A DNA stretch of 64,000 nucleotides from positions 1,271,946 through 1,335,945 of the forward strand of contig BCIN01000005.1 of NCBI GenBank assembly GCA_039545335.1. Direction: 5' to 3'. The stretch comes from Kondoa subrosea (lineage: Eukaryota). A program made the position numbers and the translations under genes. Positions 54,502-64,000 of the stretch are shown piece by piece. How positions within the stretch are numbered: the first letter of the stretch is position 1; the number at the start of each line of letters is the position of its first letter. The notes below the pieces were generated by a model. It did no database searches. It was not told where the DNA came from and worked only from the letters and a program-made list of their open reading frames with translations.

Positions 54502-55610
54502 TATCTTAGCGCACGTCCAAGCGCAGGATCATAGCTATAGCAGTTGGGATGTCCGACTAGCAAAGCGACCTCAATGAAGAGCTCTTCCAGAACGAGGATG
54601 TATCAAGGCCCCTCAAGTAGAATGCGACTAGTCGATGCGTTTCTGCAGTACAGCTCGTCGAAGCTCTTTGGAGTCGCCGCTCAATGAAAAGATGGAATCG
54701 CGAATAAACAACAAATGTCATGACACGACGACACTGAATTGGTTGGTAGCTTGTTGCAGCTGCCCCAAGGGTTTCCTGTAACAATCTACAGCCAAAGGTC
54801 TCCCGCACTGTGTGCCAGTGGGATCTGTGTTAAAGGTTGTTCGCCAATATCAGAGTGTTCTCGTCGCTTTGACTGTATGAGCGGTTCTCGATATGGTGTT
54901 TAAAGACGACCTGTCGTCTGTATCCCTCTGTAGCTGCAGTTTTGCAAGCTTCAGAAGATTCGCAGCATTACGTAATCGACTCCGCGTTTCTCTCTCATAT
55001 ATGCTGTCTCGTTATCCTCTCAAGCATGTTCCCATTTGTTTAACCTGATCTAAGCTCGGGCCGAGCTCTCTTTTCGAGTCTGCACTTTTTGGTGATACAC
55101 TTTGGCTACCAACAGTCTTGGTTTCCAGCTTTGCATTATCGATTCCAACATCTGCGTTTCACATTCCTTATCTAGGCTAGCAGTTCTCGCCTATTGTAGC
55201 AGTCCTTTTCTACCTTTTCGTTCCTAATCTCTCAGAATGATCCTGCCAACTCTATTCATTTCCGAATGCTTGAGTCACATCCAACCGCTGGATCATGGCG
55301 ATATGCACACGGGTTGTTGAGGGAACATGTGCATCGAGAATTCAACCTCGAAAAAGGAAAGCACTTTTGATGCAGCCGGAAGTACATTGGGCAGTAACCG
55401 AACACATTTCAACAGAGAGGAACGAGAAAAAGCACGACTTCTCATTTCAAGAAACGCTGTCTAGCAGATTCAGTCAATACCGCACAGTTGGAACGGAGAG
55501 GAACCAGCGCAGATTACGCGTGAATTGGGGCATATAAAATCGGTGGGGCCTAAGTGTTTCTTTGCATGCTATGTGTGATAAACGTTTCGATACTTTTCCC
55601 ATCATTCTTC

Positions 55611-56060
55611 TCATCCATCTTCCAAGCCAAGTAATTCACTCCTCCTCGTTTCTGCTGCCTCCTCTAGTGCTTCGTGCCACAGTTTGAGCGTGATACTTCC
55701 AATTACGTCCCATCGTTTGCTGTCAAGACCTAGCAGGTAGTCCATGACTTTCACTTCCTTGACATCCCTAATCAGCTTCTGCGTCTCTTGCTCCTGCGCC
55801 AATGCACAATCGCAGATCTCTTCCTCTTCGTCTTTCCTAATCTTCCCTCTCGATCCAATGAGTCCAACGCGATCTAACAAGCACTTCTCATGCCCTCTGT
55901 TGAACTTCTCTCCACAAATACACTGCATTCTTGTACCAAACGTCCCGGCTCTCCATCGAATCGCTCGTCTCCTAGCGACCGCATCCTCTTCGTAAAGAGG
56001 AGTGGATTGGGCGTGACACCTATTCTACCTTCCTGCTTTCGAATAGCAGCTGGATATATT
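55611..56060 (-). mobile_element. Probable 3' remnant of a non-LTR (LINE-like) retrotransposon ORF2
   Basis: Frameshifted GVTPNPLL / RRRAIRWRAGTFGTRMQCICGEKFNRGHEKC...VMDYLL resembles, from memory, the C-terminal Cys/His knuckle region of fungal non-LTR RT proteins. No RT core and no introns are visible. Confidence 0.5.
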
Positions 56061-56237
56061 CCAGCCAGAAACAACTCTTACGAATCAATGGCAGAACAAT
56101 AGGAGGTTGCGGCACTCAAGCTTGCAGTAGTCTACGTGGTATTTCAAAGGTTGCGAGGTCCCAAAAAAAAATTGGGGAGTTTCCCAAAGGGCTGAGGAGA
56201 TAAGATGAGCTGGGTAGGATTAGGTTGTAGCAGAATT

Positions 56238-56272
56238 TACCTCCAAAGGGAATTGAACCCTTGACCTCGTTT
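56238..56272 (-). pseudogene. tRNA 3'-half fragment (variable loop, T-arm, acceptor strand)
   Basis: Minus strand AAACG AGGTC AAGGG TTCAATT CCCTT TGGAGGT A: perfect T-stem and B-box. No D-arm or 5' acceptor strand found upstream. Confidence 0.65.
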
Positions 56273-56289
56273 CCTGACATGGGTTCAAT
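56252..56289. repeat. 14-bp imperfect inverted repeat with 10-bp spacer (candidate recombination site)
   Basis: ATTGAACCCTTGAC - CTCGTTTCCT - GACATGGGTTCAAT; the arms match at 12/14. Confidence 0.7.
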
Positions 56290-56592
56290 CATTCGAAGCC
56301 TACAAAAGACATTTCCCGGACACACCCGGCTCTCGTGGCTGCAGTCAGTCTGACCTTTCCATCTTGCTGTCCTCATCTTGCTGTCTATGACTGCTGCGCT
56401 CACTCAGGCTATGTATTCCAAGCCAATTCTGCAATATGTATCATCAAAGAATCCAAAGAAAGCCAAGTTCGATGGTAGAACCGTTTGGACCTTGTTTTGG
56501 TCCTCTTTGCTTCTCATGGCCTGTTGCTTCTGAAGACCTCTTCTTCGCTTCTGTCCACTACCTCACTTCTTGCAATCCCCTTCACCACTGAC

Positions 56593-59480
56593 ATGGATCC
56601 TGCACCCGTTGCCAACAAGAAGAAACGCAAGTCGCTCTTCTCTGCTGCACTTGAAGCTCAACTAGCAAATCCAAACGAAGAATTGACACTGCGACAACAT
56701 GCCCAAGAGATTTCAGAGGCTTTCAATCAAACAGATGGTCCATCCTCTCAGCGTCAACGCGCAGCCATTCAACAGCGCTGGGAGGAATTTATTGATAACC
56801 AAAACTCGCTTGTCCTTACAGCACAAACGAACGCCGCTAACAATGTGGCATCATCAGCTAACTCCACGCCTCTCAAGCCATGGTTGGATTCGGTCATTGT
56901 CAAAAATGCTGCAGTATTCTTTCATTTGCTAGTACGTCGCCATAATCATCCCGCGAGACTCTGATTGACTCTGCTATAGGCCCGATGCCTAGTTGGAATC
57001 GATGGCGGCAAGATCAAAGCCAATACACTGTCCAAGGCAGCCGAACACTTTGTATGGTGTGTCAGCAAATTTGCGGAAGATAAAGATGGGAAAGCCTGCG
57101 GCCCTGCTCTGTTAAGAGATGTGGTGGACGAAAAAGGTGCAAGGGATTCATCGGGAGCTTTTCTACGACGCTCCCTCTTCAGCTTCATCGATGCGGCAGT
57201 TACCTCAGGTATATAATCCATCTGTTCTTCATACGTGTCTCTGATAACCTGTTTAGCAATTGTTGAACACGGACTATCCAAGAAGCCGAACGAACGTCAC
57301 TTCGCCGCAATAGCCGAAACTCGAATCCTTCTCGAGAGCATTCTGTTTCAGGCTGCTAACACACCTACTCAACGCGACTCGCTGCTCCAGATAGGCATAT
57401 CTATACTTCTGAGCTTTATTTGTGGAGTCAGAGCAGGCGCCTTGGGATTTTCGCATCGAGAATGGGCGGCAAAACAAAAGGTGTGTCTCTCTGTCGTCGA
57501 CCGATATATTGATTGATTTTCCCCAGTATCTCCAAGTCAAAGATACGCGTCTCTACAGGGCGGAAGACGGAACATTAGTACTCGAAATTAGTTTTGAACA
57601 TCTTAAGGTGCACCATACAATCTCAATCCATTTCAAAGAACTGATTAGCTCCACGACAGGGTTTCAACGGTGTCACGGAATACAAAACGCTCAAATTCGT
57701 CATCCGGCCAGTCCAGAAGCCTGATAATCTCCTTTTCGAAGTCTCAACGCTGTTGGGTGTGTTGTACATGTTGCGTGGTTGGCTACCAGGCATATCCGTT
57801 AGTTTCATCTGTATCTCAGACCATTGGCTAACCCATTTTTTTAGACGGTGGAACAACTGCTGAAAGGCAAAGAGGCCGAAATTACAATTGACGATGGTTT
57901 TGGCAACGTATCACCCGTGTGCGTGATGTGTTAGCGCAGCCAGCCTCGTTTGACGTGTCGCTCAGATTTGTCACGCATGGTGGCGGCGGTCGAGCTCTTA
58001 AAGTCCAGAACGGTCAGCTACCAAAGCCTATGTCTGCAGTATCCATCACCAGCGCCGTATCCAACAAGGCTATCGGTATTGGTCTGCCACCGCTCGCCTT
58101 GCACTCCTTTCGAAGAGCGAGAGGCGACATGGTTTGTTATCGTTTTCTCCTTGCTTCTGCCCTTTCTTATCAAGCCTCAGTTGAACAGCCTTCGCGGGAA
58201 AGAAGGCGCCAGTCTCATGTTAGGCCATGTCGAAGCGGACACTACAGCAGCTCGGTACTACTCCAGTGGTGTGCAAAATTGGGACGTTATGGCTGACGCT
58301 GTTGGGGAAAGCGAACTGTGGAAGAACAATCATATGGTGGTGGGTCGCCTTGACGAGCACAAACTCACCCTGAAATGTGATATGTCTGTTCAGGCCGAAC
58401 ATGTTCGCCAACAGCTCTTCAGCTCCTTGGCTCTTTGGCATCTTGCTTCTCGCCCTCAGAACGATAATGCGAATCAAGAAGAAGAAAGTCAAGCTCCGGA
58501 CGAGTCGCTCGACGTTCTCAAAACCAAACAGAAGAAGGTTTCATTCACTCCATCTGCTGCGCAATTGGCGGATGCTCTTGTAAGTTTCCGGACGTCTTGA
58601 AGGCGCAAGATTTGATCAGGACACAGGACGAAGATGATGCTTATACTGCTGCTTTCGAAAAGACTCAGAAATCTATCGACCTCTTTAATGCTTCTCTGCG
58701 TCCTGAAGCGAAACACATCACACGCGCCTCCGCAGAGTGGACCAGATGGCAGTCATGCTGCTCAGTCGAAGTCAAGCAGAAGAGCAGGCACAGTTATAAT
58801 GTCGCAGCGGATCCAGGTTTCGCAGCACGAGAAGCTGTGAGTCATTCGACCAATCTGATACCTCTCTTACATTCATCGCCTACAGTTGCTTCGTCAATTC
58901 GAGAAAGATTACGATGCTGAGAAACTGTTGAAATATCGAATTAAGAATCAACTCAATAAAAAGAACAAATCAGCTGTGGGCAAATTGGCAGTCTCCAAAG
59001 CTTCGGATCACACCCACGTCATGCAGGAAGACAGAGATAGAGCTGTTCTGGAATTGGAGAAGCCCAGCAATCTCTTGATCAACACGGCGGTCCGAGGAAT
59101 GGCCGAAGCAAGGAAACAATCGCACGTTGCGTCGTCCAAAGCAGATGCTAGTGTTTCTGATGATCTGTTCGACTACAATGAAGACGATTCTTTGGAAGAT
59201 CGGATCGATTTACGTACCGGAACTCGAACGATATATCTTGCCGAAGGAGAAACGCCTTCACCAACCGAAAACGTCGTTATTGGCTTTGCAAGACAGGCTC
59301 TCATTCACTATCTGTTGTCTGTACCTGAACCGATCAAAAAGCAACACGGGAAGGACACAAAGAAGAGGTCAGTCGCAATCAGTGTCTTGCCTCAAACAGT
59401 ATTAAATATGACATCTCATCCATAGGCCCTTAAGTGACGCAACAAATGCTGGAATGCCCAAGAAGGGACGCGCTGTGTAA
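56593..59480 (+). CDS. Intron-containing tyrosine recombinase (DUF3435/Starship-captain- or Crypton-like)
   Basis: Spliced frame stays open and contains the catalytic set in order: R (CGVRAG), K (FEHLKG), HxxR (LHSFRR), H (LMLGH), Y (TAARYYSS). Confidence 0.8.
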
Positions 59481-60168
59481 ATGAGGCTTCTGCTGCTGTT
59501 AGACACTAATTTCTATCCTTGTAAACCGGGCCACAGCATCTCATACATGTATTCTTCCTCGCTTTTTCTGTCAGTCTGCTTCGCGTCTTCGCCGTTTTCA
59601 GTACTGCTCTATTCGCTTAGCGCTCGAATATCGCTGGAAGGGCCGCCGTCAAAAGTCCACTTCCATTACTTCCGCTGTCTCACTCTCTTCTCTCACCCCT
59701 CGCTTCTTCTCTCTCTTCCTCTTTTCGGGCCGAATGTCTGTTCAAATATCGGCCTCTCCTTCTTTCTTTAACCAAGAAATCATCCGCTTCCAAGTTGATC
59801 ATCGGCAGAACCTTTTTTATTCAGACACCATCTTCTCAAAGGACGATGAACCATATTCTTGATTGGCTTTGCCAGGTCTGACGCAGCACTAAGGCACCCA
59901 TGCAACGGTGAATAAGATTCTCCATTGAAACGATGAAACGAGATTATATGGACTCGATGCACTGTACAATGTGTTTGTACTGTGGTAGTTTTAGCTTTTC
60001 AGCACCGCAGCCCATCATCCTCCCAGGTCTTGGCTTCCCAAGGTGCAGAATCAGGTTGCTGTTGCAGATTGAAACATGGGCCTCGCCTGAAACAAAACGC
60101 GTTCTACAATGCTCAACTATTGGTTATTAATATTTTTACGTCACAACGCAGTACATCAACAAAAAAAT

Positions 60169-60300
60169 GGCCGTTTGGTCTAGGTAAATCCCACCCCTAC
60201 AATTACACGGCTTTGACTAACGTCTTTCACAGTCGTATGATTCTCGCTTTGGGTGCACCCAGCTTGCGAGAGGTCAGGAGTTCAATTCTCCTAACGGCCC
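60169..60300 (+). tRNA. tRNA-Pro(UGG) with a 49-nt D-loop insertion (60184-60232) and an 11-nt canonical intron (60254-60264)
   Basis: Acceptor stem GGCCGTT/AACGGCC, anticodon stem CTCGC/GCGAG with TGG at 60250-60252, T-arm AGGAG TTCAATT CTCCT; matches the tRNA-Pro consensus TGGTCTAG..TATGATTCTCGC. Confidence 0.85.
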
Positions 60301-60307
60301 CTTTCCC

Positions 60308-60321
60308 TTTTTTTTTTTTTT
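60308..60321 (+). terminator. RNA polymerase III oligo-T terminator
   Basis: T14 run starting 8 nt after the tRNA 3' end. Confidence 0.85.
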
Positions 60322-62330
60322 CCGTTGAGTAGACGAACTGAGCTGCGCGAATTAGCTCAGGCTTCAGAACGCAATGCACAACTAGGTGATGTCTGAGAAG
60401 AGTCCGAGATTGTAACAATCGGATCGTGAAGCGCCGAATGAAAGTCGTGGCAGATTCAGCAAAGCTATTGGCCTTGATCAGCCCGTAAATGCGCACATGT
60501 ATTGGAATGAGCCGTTTCTAGGTCATATCTGATATCAAACATTGGATTTTGTAAGTAAACTGGGTTGCAATTCAACTCCCTGTCATTGGACGGCTTGCAG
60601 GACCAGTTGACAGTACGCGTGTGTAATAGTTTGAGGATGTGAATTTGGGAATGAGTTCGGAAGAAAGGTCATAGAGATGCTTGCAATTGACAGTAAATAT
60701 CTCTGAGCTGACAGCACACGATATCGTCATACCTTTAGCTTTGAGATCTGTCCATTTTGACGTGTTTCAAGGAACCCAAAGCAGGAATCATGCGACTTTG
60801 GAAGACGTTAGCGAAGGTAGGAGGCATGAAAGGATGGCACTAACCTAGACCATAAAGCCAATTTGATGAGGTGCCAGGCAGGCAGTTCAATAATGATCCA
60901 CAAAGTATTAAATTTGTAAAGCACAAGAAGTCGAGACGATCTGCAAAGCCATTCGAGAATTTGGTTCCATCGTTTCACTGCTCGGCCAATCTGTGCAAAT
61001 GAAGGCGCGCCAGCGAGGCACAGTGATTGATGCAGACCAGGGTATTGACTTCAGTCCAAATTGCAGCTCAGTTGTCATTTGAAGCCGATTTCGGAAATCG
61101 TTCATCATCTTCAGGCCTACCAAGTCTAGCTACCGGATTTGTGAACCGCCTCTCCTAGAGAGACAAAAGATTGAGCAACAGAGTCATTGTCGAGAAACAA
61201 AGGGATACTCACCTATGTCTAAATCGCAGGCCACCTGTCCGTCGAAAGCAAACGAGATCGTTCATGCAACATTCATCTTTGAAGCAGGCGAGTCGTAGTT
61301 GAGGCAGCTACGGCATCATACATCCTAACCATGAATCGAGAATGTTCGTCGTGGAACATAAAGCCAAAATAATACAGGCCAGCCGTAATGTAGTTGCAGA
61401 GACAGCATATACGATTTGCATCTTGCTACTTTGATCTAGCTGTATAGGTAACGCCAGCAATACACAAAGACTCCAGCAAAGATCGACAAGACTGAAGTAC
61501 CATTACCGGCACCGGGGTTGTCTTGTACCACTTCATTCATTGCTATCTTACAGCAACAGCTGACCATTGGTCTGTACAGAGCATAATGATTCGACTTGAG
61601 CTGTACATCATCTTCCGAATCTCTGAATGGCAAAATGCGCGGATCTAGAGCAGTAAAGGAAGGAGAGAGAGAGAGCGAGAGAGAGCGCTGTATGATACGG
61701 ATAATACAAGGTAAGAAGCCTGAATCAGAGGTCGCATCTGAAAACCGATGCGATAGAGTTTCTTGTCCATTATCAGCGACAGATTGAAAGGCAGAATAGA
61801 AGCTCGAGCAGTGCATCAGAATTACACGTGAGAAGCACACCAGGTATATCAGACTTTAGACACGGTTCGTCCCTGCTCTCCAAGATGTTGGCATTTATGG
61901 ATTTCCCGCTCGACATGGACATCAGTGCTGTATCGCGTAACGAATTGTCTATGCATAACTGAAGACTACTTTTACTGGCTTTGAAGAAGCGGAAGATGGC
62001 TCCGATTGCGCGAATGGATGGTGAGGTCTTGTTGAACAGGCTGTTGTGAGGACGGTAAGTACTTGCGCATGCAACGGCGAAGCTATGATCTTACAATCTT
62101 CAGGCACTCCTTATCCAACATCAAGTCGTGTTGTGCATGCGCGCGGCCAATTGTTACCAGTAATGCCATGCGGCTTCTGGCTCGTATTATGTTCTGATCA
62201 AGGAAGATCGGTACATATGTGCGTCTGACTTCCTTCAGCTGGTGTACAAGCTTATTTACGAGCCATAGTCCATAGACTAAATCGAGATGAGGACGAGAAT
62301 GTAAATAACCCTCTCATTCCCAACTACCAA

Positions 62331-63371
62331 ATGGCTACAAATATTACTCGACTACCTGATGGCAGATACCAATTCCGGTTATCCTCCGAAGGTGTATACA
62401 AGGCATATGAAACAGAAGGGGCACGTAACTTGGGCGCAATCAGTCTTTTTGGGTTCATGGGATTCTATGTAGATGAGGTGAGGTGCTTGATATTATTGCA
62501 TATATTCTCGCTAATCTCGCTATGGATAAGGTGCTTGACTACTACTGGGGAGCAGAGAAGAGTCTTGCGCGCAAGTCACAAGATTGGCTTACTTCGCATA
62601 CAAGTCGTTTGGAAGAGATTTTGGTCGAATTGGAGGATACTCAAGAGCGTGGTGCTCATGCATATCTTTACCTGCATGCGAGATACAGTGTCCAAAATCC
62701 GTTCTTTTCGTTGAGAAAGGAGTTTCTCGATAGTATGTTCCCACTCTGGGTTAGTTCAGGACTACTGCTGATATGTTTTGCAGTTGCATCTGCTAAGATC
62801 GCTTCTTTACAACGTATGACCTTAATCGAGCCAAGGTGCACTACTAATGGTGCTTGAACAGGCGCGATAAGATCTATACTCCTCAATCAGTTGTCGAATC
62901 AGAACGATCAAGGCACTACAGCTGTTGTCACTCCACAACGAAATTGCAGTCCAACTCCAACAGTCTGGTCGATCTCAAGTTGATATCATTCCTTTGTCTT
63001 CCCAGTCCTGGCTTTTCCAGTCGGTAGAACGAGATTGCCTTCTTGCGCTTCGGCTGACATTGGGAAGGACATGCAGTACATGATTTCATTATCGGGGAAA
63101 ACTACTGGGTTAGGGTCGCGATTGGCTGCTTTGGGAAGACCTTTGCAATCTTCGGCTGGCACATGCAACAATCTTCCAACTCTCTATGCCTGCTCTGTTC
63201 AATATCGAACATGAGTTCGATGATGTTCTTGTTGACGGACCACATGTCAGTAAGGAAGGAAGCGCTGTCGAAGAGACGTTTTCTGATCCACTGTGCAGCT
63301 ATCTCGTGCTGGTGACTGAAAGGGCAAAGGACACTCGTCAAGTTATAGCTTCATTGTCAATTCGTCCATGA
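62331..63371 (+). CDS. Multi-exon hypothetical protein or pseudogene
   Basis: ATG 62331 in good context; GT-AG introns join MATNITRLPDGRYQF...YVDE to VLDYYWGAEK...EFLD. The 3' part cannot be spliced unambiguously. Confidence 0.4.
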
Positions 63372-63596
63372 TTCTAGTAATGTTCTTTCCTGCTGTGTAC
63401 TTCTAATAGTCGCATAGCATTATATGTATTTCATCCTCTAGTATCTAATTGTTACACTATATTTGAGTCTGTCTTGAAGTGCATGAACAAGTCTGCTGTG
63501 GAGGCATCGCATGGATATGAATATCCGTTACTTTGAAATGCCTGGGAGTCAATGTACAGTATGTAATGCTCTTCAAACCCAATCTCCTTTCGCGTA

Positions 63597-64000
63597 TTAT
63601 TTCGATGCCTGCATCCCGATACGAGCCCAAAACAGTTTCTCTTTGATGCGAATCAAATCTCTCCAAGTCTTGACCTCCCATGGTCTAGAGTCAGGTTGCT
63701 GTTGCAAATTGACAAAACTACCTTGTCTTGACAAAGCTTGAGATATTGGTGTAGGTTTAGGTGCTTCAAAAGGATTCTGCTGTTGCGCCAGGACTGGGGT
63801 TACAGGGGAAGGGAAAGAGGAAGAAGCAGGCGTTGTCGGAGTGGCTTGAAGTCGAGCAATAGATCGACGTGGAACAGGTGGAGGAACAGGAGAGCCCGGT
63901 AGAACAGGGCTTTCCTTCTTGACTTCAGGTGCAGGTGATGCTTTCTCGCTCGGCTCAGCATCTGGATTCGCCTCTCCAGAAGTCTTCTCAGGCTCGGATA
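63597..64000 (-). CDS. 3' end of a Sec2-like Rab GEF gene (partial)
   Basis: Pro/Ser-rich stretch ending PWEVKTWRDLIRIKEKLFWARIGMQASK*, similar to the C-terminus of fungal Sec2 homologs as recalled. Confidence 0.6.
   Translation of the reverse strand, partial: SEPEKTSGEANPDAEPSEKASPAPEVKKESPVLPGSPVPPPVPRRSIARLQATPTTPASSSFPSPVTPVLAQQQNPFEAPKPTPISQALSRQGSFVNLQQQPDSRPWEVKTWRDLIRIKEKLFWARIGMQASK

Noticed and set aside
60338..60360. 7-bp inverted repeat CTGAGCT/AGCTCAG after the tRNA terminator
   Set aside because: Too short and unrelated to the left-end arms.
61663..61686. GA microsatellite
   Set aside because: Ordinary short simple repeat.
63495..63510. GCCTCCA on the minus strand as the missing tRNA 5'-half or right border
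   Set aside because: No D-arm or A-box follows.

Overview
Eukaryotic, intron-dense fungal DNA (introns mostly about 50-60 nt, GT-AG with CTRAY branch points, many micro-exons). It is probably a basidiomycete; this is inferred from gene content such as CAP60/CAP64-like genes. Positions 1.9-54.5 kb are a compact run of housekeeping-type genes: MFS transporter, TFIIF-beta, TOM40, Sfp-type PPTase, alpha/beta hydrolase, F-box-like protein, DDHD phospholipase, aminopeptidase P, Zn2Cys6 TF, TFB5, bHLH-zip TF, M28 peptidase, SRP54, ZNF706/At2g23090-like protein, Trk transporter, an orphan, a divergent CAP64-like/CAP60-like pair next to a chitin synthase, an LRR protein, an RBM5/10-like protein and TOP3. 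Between TOP3 and the 3' end of a SEC2-like gene (54.5-63.6 kb) lies an accessory island. It holds a LINE remnant, a tRNA 3'-half overlapping a lox/FRT-like inverted repeat, an apparently intact intron-containing tyrosine recombinase (DUF3435/Starship-captain- or Crypton-like), and a tRNA-Pro(UGG) gene whose D-loop is interrupted by a 49-nt insertion with spliceosomal-intron signals in addition to a normal tRNA intron. Also seen: three small paralogous proteins (two with PPxY motifs) not resolved by the ORF track, and a probable 1-nt exon in the chitin synthase. Gene models were spliced by eye and family calls rest on recalled motifs, not database searches; some gene ends are approximate.
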